In this document: positions 52,376-62,825 of the stretch, piece after piece | Layout of the letters: every line of letters starts with the position of its first letter | How positions within the stretch are numbered: position 1 is the first letter of the stretch | Origin: Candidatus Oxydemutatoraceae bacterium | Lineage (GTDB): Bacteria > Pseudomonadota > Gammaproteobacteria > Poriferisulfidales > Oxydemutatoraceae | DNA length: 64,000 nucleotides | NCBI GenBank assembly: GCA_965219575.1 | Contig: OZ244779.1 | Location: 1,516,769 to 1,580,768, forward strand | Direction: 5' to 3' | Notes under the pieces: model-generated | The model's input: the letters and a program-made list of their open reading frames with translations, nothing else | The model's database searches: none | Told to the model about the DNA's origin: nothing | Position numbers and translations under genes: made by a program

Positions 52376-55300
52376 TCAATGGGTGGGTCTATATTCTATT
52401 CTAAGGTCTAAAATACCCGGGATACTTTTTATGCTTTCGAGCATTTGTGCACTAGGCTCCACTTTGTACGACTCGGATAGCACCATTCTGGTTTCGGCAT
52501 CGGCATTGCGGAATATGATATAAACCTTGCATCCCCCGGAGGGTTTCACAAACGGTTGCATCGATGCGATTAGTTTATCGACCAGGCCATCTTTTTGAGA
52601 TAGATCGTCGATATTACCGGTATCCCATACGATGCTAAGATTTTTGGCGAATGATTGTTCGGCTTGTTCGAGTGTCATGATTCGTGAAGCACGCCAGCGA
52701 TCGTTTTTATTTTGAATATCGTAAGCCGCCTTGTACACGCCGACGACAACGATACCCTCGTAAGAAAGCATGTCTTTGCAGTTCTTATAATCGTTGTCGA
52801 ATAGCGATAAATTAAGTCTATCGGTGCCGTCGTCGAGTGCGAAAAATGCAACCGATTTTCCTTTCCTTTCACCTTGTTTCTCGGTTGCGTTATCTTGTCG
52901 GTTCGATGATTTTCTGTAAATAACTCTGTGTTCAACTTTATCCAAAGTACCGGCAAGCCAAACCGCTTCTCTTTCGTCATGCTTCGATGTTCCGAGTGCT
53001 CGCCTGAAGTCACCGAGACTTTGATAATCAACGATGTTTTTTATCTTGTCGCTACACTTAGAAATAGGATGTGCGGTTAGATAAAAACCTAAACTGTTTT
53101 TTTCTTTCTCCATGAGTTGCGCTTGGGTCATGGTCTCGGTATTTTTATCGGGCATCTCGGAGACGGTAGACGAAGTATGCGTCTCGCCGAAAATACTGGT
53201 TTGACCGCTTTCGTTATCTCGGAAAGTCCTCTCCGCCAAATCATAGATATTCTCCAGAGATTGCAGTGCCGAAGCTCTATCGGCTTCTATTTTGTCGAAG
53301 GCACCTACCGATACGAGCGGTTCGATCATATTCGCTCTGAGTTTCGGCACTAGGCGGCGGCAAAAATCGGTCAACGATTTATAATTTCCTTCGGCTTTAC
53401 GGTCGTTCACGATAGTTTTGATCATCTCATGACCGATTTGTCGTATTGCGCCCAAGCCATAGACTATCTGCCCTTCTTCTATTTCTCTAAACTCGTATTC
53501 CGAGCGGTTTATATCGGGTGGCACGATCGTCAATCCCAAGTTGCGACATTCACTCAACAAATCTATAATTTTATCGGTATCCGACATCTCCGATGTCAAT
53601 ACCGCCGCCATAAAAGCACCGCTGTAATTGCTCTTGAGCCAAGCGGTCTGATAGGCTACGAGTGCGTATGCAACCGAGTGTGATTTATTGAATCCGTAAC
53701 CGGCAAAATGTTCTATCAAATCAAAAAGTCTAGTCGCAACGCCGCGAGCGACACCGTTTGCCATAGCCCCTTCGACAAAAACCACTCGCTGCTCGGCCAT
53801 TTCTTCGGGAATTTTCTTGCCCATCGCACGGCGTAAAATATCGGCTCCACCCAAAGTATAACCGGCGAGCGTTTGTGCAATCTGCATAACCTGCTCTTGA
53901 TACAAAATGACCCCGTAGCTGGTACTCAATATCGGTTCTAATACCGGGTGTTGGTATTCGAATTCCTCACCGTGCTTACGGTTCGCATAGCTGTCGCCCA
54001 TACCGGCTTGCAACGGGCCCGGACGGTAAAGCGCAACAAGGGCGACGATATCTTCAAATTTATCGGGCTTTAATTTTTTGATTAAACGACGCATACCACC
54101 CGACTCCAGCTGAAACAATGCGGTCGTCTCGGCATTTTGCAATAAGCGATAGGTCTTAGGGTCGTCGAGCGGTATTTGTGAGATTTCGGGAACCGAGACA
54201 CCGCGACGCTTAAGATTCGCCAGAGTTTTGTTGATAATGGTTAAGGTTCTAAGCCCCAAAAAATCAAATTTAACCAAGCCTACTTTTTCTATATCTTTCA
54301 TATCAAAATGCGTTGCGGCATTTTGATGATCGGCTTCTTTATACAATGCGGTGTAATCGGTTAACGGAGCCGGTGCAATGACGATACCGCCGGCGTGTTG
54401 GCCGGCGTTTCTAACCAAACCTTCTATAGCCAAAGCATTATCGAACACCCTTTTGACTCTCGCTTCATTATCGTAGCGTTCTTTTAGCTCGGGAGATTCT
54501 CTAAGTGCCTCGCTTAATTTAATGTTCAAGCGCGACGGTATCAGTTTGACGAGATCGTCGCCCAAACCATAAGCATAACCCAGCACGCGGGTCACATCGC
54601 GTATTGCCGCTTTAGCCCCTAGACTGCCGAAAGTGATAATCTGACTCACATTATCTCGCCCGTATCGCTCGACGACATATTGGATGACGCGATCCCGACC
54701 TTCTATGCAAAAATCAACATCAAAATCCGGCAACGATATGCGGTCGAGATTTAGAAAACGTTCAAAAAACAAGTCGTACTTCAGAGGATCTATCTCGGTA
54801 ATCCCCAAAGCATAAGCAACCAAAGAACCTGCCCCCGAGCCTCGCCCCGGACCGACCGGAATGTCGTTATGCTTGGCCCATAAGATAAAATCGGCAACGA
54901 TCAAAAAATAACCTTCATAACCCATCTCGCTAATTACTTTTAGTTCCGCTTCCAGACGCTCGGTATAGGCGGCTTGATCCAAGTCGGTATTTTTATCCAA
55001 GTAATTCTGCAGACCGGCAACGGCATCGTGTCTCAGCTTATCCTTTACGCTAAGCCTCTCTTCTATAGGGAAAGATGGCAAGTGTGTCTGCCCCAACCGA
55101 AGTTCCAGGGTGCAACGCCTCGCTATTTCCACACTGTTTTGTATCGCACTCGGTATATCTTTGAACATCGCCACCATCTCGTCGGCACTTTTGAGGTATT
55201 GCTCGGGGCTGTATAGATCTCGTCGACGGTGTTTATCGTTCAAAGTACGACCTTCGGCAATACAAACCTTAATTTCGTGCGAATTAAAATCTTCTTTGTT

Positions 55301-55909
55301 CAAAAAACAGACATCGTTGCTCGCAACCATCGGCAACGCTGCCCGTTTAGCCAACTTAATTGCTTTTGTCACATAATCGCGCTCGTTTTCTCGCCGCGTG
55401 TATTGGAGCTCCACATAAAAGCGATCTTTGAATACCGAAGTCCAAAATTCCACCAAACGATCAACCTGTGGTGACTCGTCGTGCAATAACGCCGCTGCGA
55501 GCGCACCCCGCAATGCACCCGAAAGTATCAATAAACCCTCGTTGTAATGTTCTAAATCCTCTCGCTTCACGGCAATCTTTGCGTTTTCGTGATTTTCCAG
55601 ATAAGCGGTGGAAACCAACCGCGTTAGATTGCGATAGCCGCGTTCATCCAGACATAAAACGACGCATTGCTCGCCGGTCGGTGCGATGGCATCCGCGTGT
55701 ATAGATAATTCGCACCCGATAATCGGCTTTATGCGGTGTTCGATCGCTTGGGTGTAAAACTTGATTACCGCAAAAAGATTATTGATATCGCTGATTGCAA
55801 TCGCCGGGAATTGCATCGCTCGGGCTTTTTCAAAAAGTGCGGGTATACGCAATACACTATCTTGAATAGAGTACTCGGTATGCAAATGTAAATGTACGAA
55901 CCGGTTCAT
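52376..55909 (-). CDS. dnaE: DNA polymerase III alpha subunit
   Basis: FVHLHLHTEYS PHP domain, GPGRGSGAGS, PDFDVDF, KFDFLGL, YGFNKSHS; upstream start at 55945 also possible. Confidence 0.97.
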   Translation of the reverse strand: MNRFVHLHLHTEYSIQDSVLRIPALFEKARAMQFPAIAISDINNLFAVIKFYTQAIEHRIKPIIGCELSIHADAIAPTGEQCVVLCLDERGYRNLTRLVSTAYLENHENAKIAVKREDLEHYNEGLLILSGALRGALAAALLHDESPQVDRLVEFWTSVFKDRFYVELQYTRRENERDYVTKAIKLAKRAALPMVASNDVCFLNKEDFNSHEIKVCIAEGRTLNDKHRRRDLYSPEQYLKSADEMVAMFKDIPSAIQNSVEIARRCTLELRLGQTHLPSFPIEERLSVKDKLRHDAVAGLQNYLDKNTDLDQAAYTERLEAELKVISEMGYEGYFLIVADFILWAKHNDIPVGPGRGSGAGSLVAYALGITEIDPLKYDLFFERFLNLDRISLPDFDVDFCIEGRDRVIQYVVERYGRDNVSQIITFGSLGAKAAIRDVTRVLGYAYGLGDDLVKLIPSRLNIKLSEALRESPELKERYDNEARVKRVFDNALAIEGLVRNAGQHAGGIVIAPAPLTDYTALYKEADHQNAATHFDMKDIEKVGLVKFDFLGLRTLTIINKTLANLKRRGVSVPEISQIPLDDPKTYRLLQNAETTALFQLESGGMRRLIKKLKPDKFEDIVALVALYRPGPLQAGMGDSYANRKHGEEFEYQHPVLEPILSTSYGVILYQEQVMQIAQTLAGYTLGGADILRRAMGKKIPEEMAEQRVVFVEGAMANGVARGVATRLFDLIEHFAGYGFNKSHSVAYALVAYQTAWLKSNYSGAFMAAVLTSEMSDTDKIIDLLSECRNLGLTIVPPDINRSEYEFREIEEGQIVYGLGAIRQIGHEMIKTIVNDRKAEGNYKSLTDFCRRLVPKLRANMIEPLVSVGAFDKIEADRASALQSLENIYDLAERTFRDNESGQTSIFGETHTSSTVSEMPDKNTETMTQAQLMEKEKNSLGFYLTAHPISKCSDKIKNIVDYQSLGDFRRALGTSKHDEREAVWLAGTLDKVEHRVIYRKSSNRQDNATEKQGERKGKSVAFFALDDGTDRLNLSLFDNDYKNCKDMLSYEGIVVVGVYKAAYDIQNKNDRWRASRIMTLEQAEQSFAKNLSIVWDTGNIDDLSQKDGLVDKLIASMQPFVKPSGGCKVYIIFRNADAETRMVLSESYKVEPSAQMLESIKSIPGILDLRIEYRPTH

Positions 55910-55934
55910 CGTAATGCTCGGTTTTTGTGCCGAC

Positions 55935-56585
55935 TCACAATTCATTTCTTTCGTCTAAAGGCAGCGGCACTTGAGCAATCGCTTCGCGCACTTTAGCCCA
56001 GCTCGTTCTGTGTAGTGCGCAACTACCGTGGTTCATCAGTGCGCGCTTGTGCTTAGTGGTTGCATAACCTTTGTGTTCGGCAAAATGATACGACGGATAT
56101 TTATCCGCCAACATTCGCATCTGTCGATCGCGCGTCGTCTTAGCCAAAATAGAGGCCGCTGCAATACACATCGTTCGGTCGTCTCCGGCAATAATCGCAT
56201 TACACGGAATATCGCTTTGCGGACAACGATTACCGTCTATCAATACGCGTTGCGGTTTGAGATCTAAACCTTCTATCGCTCTTTGCATTGCCAGCAGTGT
56301 TGCGTTGAGTATATTGACGCGATCTATTTCATCGCTATCGGCACTGCCTATAGCCCAAGCATGCGCACTTTCCTTTATTTTATCGGCTAGATACTCGCGG
56401 CGAGCCGGCGATAATTTTTTGGAATCTACGCAACCGTCTATGGTTCGCTCGGAATCTAAAATAACCGCAGCGGCAACCACCGGTCCCGCTAAAGCACCGC
56501 GTCCCGCTTCATCTACGCCGGCGATATAAATCTCACCGAAGCGCGGTATCGCTTGATGTCTTAAGATAACATTTTCACAATTCAC
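55935..56585 (-). CDS. rnhB: Ribonuclease HII
   Basis: AGVDEAGRG, DSKKL, IDGN, IAAASILAK; start uncertain. Confidence 0.95.
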   Translation of the reverse strand: MNCENVILRHQAIPRFGEIYIAGVDEAGRGALAGPVVAAAVILDSERTIDGCVDSKKLSPARREYLADKIKESAHAWAIGSADSDEIDRVNILNATLLAMQRAIEGLDLKPQRVLIDGNRCPQSDIPCNAIIAGDDRTMCIAAASILAKTTRDRQMRMLADKYPSYHFAEHKGYATTKHKRALMNHGSCALHRTSWAKVREAIAQVPLPLDERNEL

Positions 56586-56772
56586 GGTTTATTCTTGTGT
56601 CTCTCATATTGGCAAGAGACTATTATAATGTGTTCGCCCGTTTAATTTATAATTTCCCTATTTGTGGGCGCAATAACACAAAAATCCTCTTGCGATATAC
56701 CATTAAAAATGCGTTAAGGTCAACAGGATGTGCTAGAATGTGCGTTTTAACCATACCGAGTAAAATCCTACG

Positions 56773-57393
56773 ATGATCAAAAAATATTTAACACACAGCA
56801 TTGCGTTAATAGCTTGTCTTGCAATCGTTGCATGCAAGCCTTCACAAACCGAAGACAAGGATAACAAATCAATGAATACCAACACCGAAAATGCAATCGT
56901 CACATTAAAAACCAGCGAAGGCGATATCAAGATCGAACTTTATGCCGATAAAGCACCGATTACCGCAGAAAATTTTCTGAAATATGTCCAAGAAGGTTTT
57001 TACGACGGTACTATCTTTCATCGGGTCATACCCAACTTTATGATACAAGGCGGTGGTTTTACCGAGGATATGAACCAAAAGCAAACCAATCCCGACATTA
57101 AAAACGAAGCCGATAACGGCTTAAAAAACGACCGCGGCACTATTGCGATGGCGCGCACCCCCGACCCGGATTCGGCAAGTTCACAATTTTTTATCAACTT
57201 GAAAAATAATGACTTTCTTAATTTTAGAGATAAAAGCATGCAAGGCTGGGGATATTGCGTCTTCGGCAAAGTGATCTCGGGCATGGAAGTAGTGGATAAA
57301 ATCGCAACGGTAAAAACCGGTCCAAAGCAAGGTCACCAAGATGTCCCGATGCAGACGATTACCATTACGAAGGCGACCCTAGAGAATGGATGA
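56773..57393 (+). CDS. Cyclophilin-type peptidyl-prolyl isomerase (PpiA/PpiB) with lipoprotein signal
   Basis: [34 protein letters not shown]; N-terminal LAIVAC lipobox. Confidence 0.93.
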   Translation: MIKKYLTHSIALIACLAIVACKPSQTEDKDNKSMNTNTENAIVTLKTSEGDIKIELYADKAPITAENFLKYVQEGFYDGTIFHRVIPNFMIQGGGFTEDMNQKQTNPDIKNEADNGLKNDRGTIAMARTPDPDSASSQFFINLKNNDFLNFRDKSMQGWGYCVFGKVISGMEVVDKIATVKTGPKQGHQDVPMQTITITKATLENG

Positions 57394-58139
57394 CAACGCT
57401 ATTCATTGCAGATTGTCACCTCAGCCCGAAGCGACCGCAAATCGTCGAACTTTTTTGTAACTTTCTAGAGAACCGAGCGCAAGCCGCACAACAACTTTAC
57501 ATACTCGGCGATCTATTCGACCAGTGGCTGGGCGACGACGACCCGGCGACAGGCTTGGAGGCGGTCTTCGTAGCACTACGAAAGTACGCCGACAAAAAAC
57601 CGCTCTATTTCATGCACGGCAACCACGATTTCTTAATCGGTAAAGAGTTTAGCCGCCGCACGCATTGCCGATTCGCCGGCGAGCACCCGTCACAAGATGC
57701 CGTGGTAGCCGATATAGAAGGTTGTGCAACTCTGCTGATGCACGGCGACCAACTATGTACCGACGATGTAGCGTATCAAAGATATAGAGCTGTGGTTCGC
57801 AATCGTACACTACAAAAACTTTGGAAAACAATGCCGTTGAGATGGCGGCAATCCTTCGTTAAGCGATTAATTTCTACAAGCGAAAACGCCACCGCTAAAA
57901 AAACTGAAGCGATTATGGATGTCAACACCGCTACCGTAAATGCAACGATGCGACACTACCGCGTCCGACGACTTATACACGGGCATGTTCACCGTCCGGC
58001 TATACACGATTTTATGTTGGACGGCAAAGCCACACAACGGCTGGTACTGGGCGATTGGTACGAGCAAGGTAGTGTGTTGGAAGTCACGAGCGATAACACC
58101 ACGCTCCACCGATTGTCGTATCCATCCACTAAATCATGA
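57390..58139 (+). CDS. lpxH: UDP-2,3-diacylglucosamine diphosphatase
   Basis: ADCHL, LGDLFD, HGNHDFL, MHGD, HGHVHRP, LGDW. Confidence 0.94.
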   Translation: MTTLFIADCHLSPKRPQIVELFCNFLENRAQAAQQLYILGDLFDQWLGDDDPATGLEAVFVALRKYADKKPLYFMHGNHDFLIGKEFSRRTHCRFAGEHPSQDAVVADIEGCATLLMHGDQLCTDDVAYQRYRAVVRNRTLQKLWKTMPLRWRQSFVKRLISTSENATAKKTEAIMDVNTATVNATMRHYRVRRLIHGHVHRPAIHDFMLDGKATQRLVLGDWYEQGSVLEVTSDNTTLHRLSYPSTKS

Positions 58140-58337
58140 TACTCCTCTACGGATGTAGCCCGATACTTGACTTAGGTTGCTATACCGTTGGTCGGATATA
58201 TCGCTATTTAATCCGTATTCTGCTTGACATTAAAATATGCTACTGATATAAGGTTATACGATATTGCAATAACGGTATATGAAAATTTGACGGTTTTTAT
58301 ATGCACTGATGGAATTACTTTTAACCGGAGATTATTA

Positions 58338-58865
58338 ATGTCTACATTATTTGAATATCTAAGCAACGATGTTTCACTGCTGATTGCGATAATACTCGTT
58401 ATCGGATGGTGTTTTGCTATACATTTGAAAATTCAGGACTTTGAACCTTTAAGAAAAAATGCAAGTAGTATCTTGGCTGTAGTCAAAAAAGTAGAGAAAA
58501 TAAACGAGACATTGATCAACCGATACGGTAAAGATGTCACCCGCATCGATAGCCCCGTATCGCTAAGCGACTACGGTATCCAATTATCCCAAAAAATAGA
58601 TGCACCTTCTATCGTTACCGAGTACGCTCCGAAACTGACACAAAAAGCAAAAGAAAAACACATGAATAGGTACCAGATACAGAAAAACAGTTTTACTCTG
58701 GCAAAGCAGGCCCTGGAGAATTTGGAGAAAATAGATAAAAAACGCTTTGACAGGCTAGCCAATCTAGCTTACGAAGAAGGTATAGAAATAGAAAGTCTGA
58801 TAAAGATTTTGGGATTGGAATTGCGAGACGAAGTACTAAAATCCGTTAATAGAACCGCCGATTGA
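58338..58865 (+). CDS. Hypothetical protein with N-terminal TM
   Basis: GGAG RBS before ATG 58338; AT-rich; stop codon supplied by the repeat. Confidence 0.6.
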   Translation: MSTLFEYLSNDVSLLIAIILVIGWCFAIHLKIQDFEPLRKNASSILAVVKKVEKINETLINRYGKDVTRIDSPVSLSDYGIQLSQKIDAPSIVTEYAPKLTQKAKEKHMNRYQIQKNSFTLAKQALENLEKIDKKRFDRLANLAYEEGIEIESLIKILGLELRDEVLKSVNRTAD

Positions 58866-58897
58866 ACCGACAAGTCGATCGGCGTGACATTGTGCTA
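58850..58897 (+). repeat. TA-flanked CCGATTGA palindrome (tailed variant) bridging two convergent stop codons
   Basis: TAGAACCGCCGATTGAACCGACAAGTCGATCGGCGTGACATTGTGCTA. Confidence 0.75.
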
Positions 58898-60130
58898 TAT
58901 TCTGAGCCCTATCATCAAATCCATAACATTGGTTCCGGTAGGACCAGTGTTGATTAAATCTCCAGTCTGCTCCAGAAAACTGCCGCTATCGGCATTTGCC
59001 AAGCTATGTTTTATATCCAAGCCCAGTGCCGAAGCTCTACGCACCGTCGTGCCGTCAACCAAGGCACCGGCGTCGGTGGTCGGTCCATCGCTGCCATCGG
59101 TGCCGGCAATTACAAAATAAACACCTTCTTCATTTGACAAGCGTTCGGCTATCAGCAAAGCGAGATGCTGATTGCGCCCGCCTCGTCCCGGAGATTGCGG
59201 TAGTTGCATAGAGGGTTCTCCTCCCCAAACCAGTAACTGATGCTTATCGGTGAATAGTGTGTCGCATAAACGCTCGGCAACCGCTACGACATCACCTGCT
59301 ACGAAGTCCGGCATCAAACGGGCATCGTAACCCAATGCTATTGCCTTATTAACGCACGCTTTTTTGGCATTGTCTAAACGCGCAACTATACGGGTATCGA
59401 TAAGCCTAAAGACTTCTGCGTCGGGCGGTGGCACCAATGTAATGCCGGTCAAACAATCTTTAATTTCCGTCGGATAATCGTCAAAATTCGGTTTTGTGTG
59501 CGGTGGATTCAGTAAGCCCGAGCCTATCACGCTAGGATCGTCCCCCGGCACATCGGATATCATCAAATTCAGCACGGCGCAACCCTCGAGTCTCATTGCC
59601 AATCGTCCGCCTTTAATGCACGAAAGTGATTGGCGCACTGCATTCATCTGTCCTATATCCAAGCCTTTGGCGAGCAACACTTCGGTTATGTTTTTTAGAT
59701 TCTCCAAGCGCATGCCGGCGGGCAGTACTTCAACCAAGCTCGAAGCACCCCCCGACAATAAAAAAAGAAAATGTGCCTTGCGAACCGTACGGCTTTCCAG
59801 ATAGGCTAATAATCGCCTTCCCGCCTCTAGGCTCTTATCGCTAGGCACCGGATGATCCGATTCTATGACCTCTATGGAATTATGGTCGTGTAGTTCGGGT
59901 GCGGTATGTAGATGCTTGGTAATTAGCAAACCGTCTTTTATTCGGTTGCCGAGCACATCCAATGCGCCCAAAGTCATATCCGAGGCAGCTTTGCCTATCG
60001 CAACCAAATGTAGTGCCTCGCTACTCGGGCGATGCGCTTCAAGATCGGCGATAACCGCCCGACGCCCCTTAACTCTATTGAGCCCACTATTAAAAATTTG
60101 CATTAAGTCGCTACGAATTTTATCTTGCAT
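58895..60130 (-). CDS. Glycerate 2-kinase (DUF4147-MOFRL, TtuD-like)
   Basis: IGKAA, HPVPS, SGGASSL, IKGGRL, SDVPGDD, GRGGRNQ, TDGSDG, TGPTGTNVMD. Confidence 0.93.
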   Translation of the reverse strand: MQDKIRSDLMQIFNSGLNRVKGRRAVIADLEAHRPSSEALHLVAIGKAASDMTLGALDVLGNRIKDGLLITKHLHTAPELHDHNSIEVIESDHPVPSDKSLEAGRRLLAYLESRTVRKAHFLFLLSGGASSLVEVLPAGMRLENLKNITEVLLAKGLDIGQMNAVRQSLSCIKGGRLAMRLEGCAVLNLMISDVPGDDPSVIGSGLLNPPHTKPNFDDYPTEIKDCLTGITLVPPPDAEVFRLIDTRIVARLDNAKKACVNKAIALGYDARLMPDFVAGDVVAVAERLCDTLFTDKHQLLVWGGEPSMQLPQSPGRGGRNQHLALLIAERLSNEEGVYFVIAGTDGSDGPTTDAGALVDGTTVRRASALGLDIKHSLANADSGSFLEQTGDLINTGPTGTNVMDLMIGLRI

Positions 60131-60157
60131 GATTACGGGTATTCTAACGCGAGCGGT

Positions 60158-60658
60158 GTATGGGTGCAATAGAACGTAGGACATTCCAAGCATCGCTTTA
60201 CAACGGCGCACCGCTCTATACTTCATGCAACCAAAAGCAAAGATAATGCTTTCTACAAAGAGCAAGTTGCCCAGCCGTACAAAAATCCCGAAGACCCTCG
60301 AATACGAGAACAGATAGCAAACGGTGCAAAGGGACGGATGCCGTATTCGTGGTTTTACTTTAACCTTGTCAAAAATGTTTCAAAAGACAAAACTTTTCAT
60401 TCGTGTCAAATTCCCTTGAAACTTGTAGAAATGCTTATTTCCGCGACCACGAAACCCGGAGATAGTGTATTCATTCTATTCGGTGGCAGTGGATCGGAGA
60501 TAGTGTTGGCAGAAAAGATGAATAGAGTTTTCTTATCTTGTGAAATCAATCAAAAATATTATACGATGATCCAAGACAGGTTGGGTCGTCGAGGAGAAAT
60601 CATAGATAAATACCGTTGCCTCCCGAATATTCAATTGCGTTTACCCGTTGATTTATGA
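60158..60658 (+). pseudogene. C-terminal remnant of a beta-class N4/N6 DNA methyltransferase
   Basis: Frame extends upstream of ATG 60338 as VWVQ*NVGHSKHRFTTAHRSILHATK…; HSCQIP and motif I LFGGSGS present, motif IV absent, in-frame TAG at 60170. Confidence 0.75.
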
Positions 60659-60719
60659 AAGACATAATCTTACGATTCTAGGTGGTTCTATTCTACCCCG
60701 ACAAGCTCAATCGGTGATT

Positions 60720-61232
60720 CTATGGTGCAATAATATAAACGATGGAATTACACTCTAAGATATCAAATACTTCTACTACATCTTTGTTTTTCATTCTAAC
60801 ACAACCGACCGACGACGGGCGACCGATGCGCTTTTCGTCGATCGTGCCGTGTATATAAATGTAGCGGCGTTGGGAGTCATGGTAGCCTCCTTGGTTGATA
60901 TTCGGTTCGAGTCCGGCTAACCATAGAATACGGGTGCAGATTGCATCTTCGCAGCCGATTGTTGTATGCGGGTTGGGTGATGCGATATTATCGGTTGCTC
61001 GTCGTGCTATGAAAAGTCTGCACAGAGGTTCACCCTCGCCTATTTTCATTGCAACCCGATGTGCGCCTTGCGGTGTTTTACGAGAGTCCTCTGTAGAACC
61101 CACCCCATAGCGCGATGTGGATATCGGATACCATGCACATAGATGCAAACGCCTGATCAGATAAAGCCTTTGTGTGTAAATATCGATCAATGCCAGCGGA
61201 TGCCGCGCGTATTTAGGATAAGTCCTCAGCAA
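60720..61232 (-). CDS. YkuD-family L,D-transpeptidase domain protein
   Basis: QRLYL, YPISTS, TPQG, IYIHGT…IGRPSSVGCVRM; start uncertain. Confidence 0.88.
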   Translation of the reverse strand: MLRTYPKYARHPLALIDIYTQRLYLIRRLHLCAWYPISTSRYGVGSTEDSRKTPQGAHRVAMKIGEGEPLCRLFIARRATDNIASPNPHTTIGCEDAICTRILWLAGLEPNINQGGYHDSQRRYIYIHGTIDEKRIGRPSSVGCVRMKNKDVVEVFDILECNSIVYIIAP

Positions 61233-61314
61233 ACGCCGAGAGCGTGTTTGCCAATCAACGATGATAAATCTCTCTGTTCGTAATACGCATCAACTCTTTT
61301 CGATCTATCGCATT

Positions 61315-62811
61315 TTATGCGATATACAAATCCGCTTCACCTGCTTTCTTTTTCTCTTGCTTGGATTCTTCGCTGCGTTGTCGCCTTATTCGATCCAAAT
61401 AACCGGTTTCGGGTTCAACCACATATTCACCGTTGAACATAGAGCAGTCAAAATGCTTTAGCTTCTGGTTGCCCTTTTGTACTGCCGCCACCAAATCGTC
61501 CAAGTCCTGATAAAACAGAACGTCCGCTCCTACAAAAGAACAGACTTGGTCTATGGTGCGATTGTGCGCTATCAATTCGCCCGGCACCGGCATATCAATG
61601 CCGTAGATATTCGGATAACGTATAGGTGGCGATGCCGAGACCAAAAATACCCGCTTGGCACCGGCTTCGCGTGCCATCTGTACGATTTGCTTGGAAGTCG
61701 TGCCGCGCACGATGGAATCGTCGACGATCATCACATTCTTATCCTTAAACTCGATACCGAGCGGATTCAATTTGTAGCGTACCGATTTCTGTCGTTCTTG
61801 CTGCTCGGGCATAATAAATGTGCGACCGATATAGCGGTTTTTTATAAACCCTTCGCGATAACGCACTTTGAGTTTGATTGCCAGTTCCAATGCGGCGGTA
61901 CGGCTGGTGTCGGGCACCGGTATCACAACATCAATTTTATAATCCGACCATTCTCGTTTAATCTTTTTCGCCAATCTATCCCCCATACGCATGCGTGCTC
62001 TATGGACAAAAACTTCGTCTATTTCCGAGTCGGGGCGAGCAAAATAAACATATTCGAATATGCAACTGCGATACTCCGAAGATTCACTGCATACCTTTGC
62101 ATAAAGATCGCCTGCGCTATCTATAAAGATGGCTTCGCCCGGTTTTAGGTCTCTAACTTTCCGAAAACCGGAGGTGCCGAATGCAACACTCTCCGAAGCA
62201 AACATATATTCCAAGCCTTTGGTCGTTTCTCTTACACCGTAGATTAACGGGCGAATTGCGTACGGATCACGAAACGCAACGATACCTATACCGGCTATCA
62301 TTGTCACCACGGCGTAGCTACCTCGCACTCGCATATGCAATTTTTTTACCGCCTGAAATATCTCGTTCGGCCCCGGCATCAATTTCTGCTGTAGCAGTTC
62401 GTGGGCAAATATATTCAGCAAAATTTCCGAATCCGAACCGGTGTTAATGTGCCTTCTATCCTGATTGAATAATTGCGTTATGAGTTTCTCGGAGTTGATC
62501 AAGTTGCCGTTATGGGCAAGCGCAATGCCGTAAGGGCTATTGACATAGAGCGGCTGTGCTTCCGCACGATGCGAAGTGCCTGCGGTTGGATAACGCACAT
62601 GGGCAATACCGATAGAACCCTTTAGGTCGAGCTTATTATTCGCTTGAAATACATCCCTGACCAAACCGTTGCCTTTGTGTTGGTATATCCTGCTATTTTC
62701 TTGCGTTATAATTCCGGCAGCATCTTGACCGCGATGTTGCAATAATAACAGGCCGTCGTGCAGAGATTGTGCAACCGCTTGGTGACCGTAAATAGCGAGT
62801 ATTCCGCACAT
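61315..62811 (-). CDS. purF: Amidophosphoribosyltransferase
   Basis: MCGI, QHRGQDAAG, HVRYPTAG, CIFEYVYFARPDS, VDDSIVRGTT. Confidence 0.98.
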   Translation of the reverse strand: MCGILAIYGHQAVAQSLHDGLLLLQHRGQDAAGIITQENSRIYQHKGNGLVRDVFQANNKLDLKGSIGIAHVRYPTAGTSHRAEAQPLYVNSPYGIALAHNGNLINSEKLITQLFNQDRRHINTGSDSEILLNIFAHELLQQKLMPGPNEIFQAVKKLHMRVRGSYAVVTMIAGIGIVAFRDPYAIRPLIYGVRETTKGLEYMFASESVAFGTSGFRKVRDLKPGEAIFIDSAGDLYAKVCSESSEYRSCIFEYVYFARPDSEIDEVFVHRARMRMGDRLAKKIKREWSDYKIDVVIPVPDTSRTAALELAIKLKVRYREGFIKNRYIGRTFIMPEQQERQKSVRYKLNPLGIEFKDKNVMIVDDSIVRGTTSKQIVQMAREAGAKRVFLVSASPPIRYPNIYGIDMPVPGELIAHNRTIDQVCSFVGADVLFYQDLDDLVAAVQKGNQKLKHFDCSMFNGEYVVEPETGYLDRIRRQRSEESKQEKKKAGEADLYIA

Positions 62812-62825
62812 ACCGAGCTATCCTA

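Noticed and set aside
51349-52523. ORFs over rnpB, MITE copy 3 and tRNA-Thr
   Set aside because: Fully explained by RNA genes and repeats; the shared peptides ([16 protein letters not shown]) are translated repeat sequence, as at 19111-19531 and 50013-50219.
43649-60722. Integron cassette array with the palindromes as attC sites
   Set aside because: The palindromes lack RYYYAAC/GTTRRRY ends, follow core genes such as fabI, occur in both orientations, and no integrase is present.
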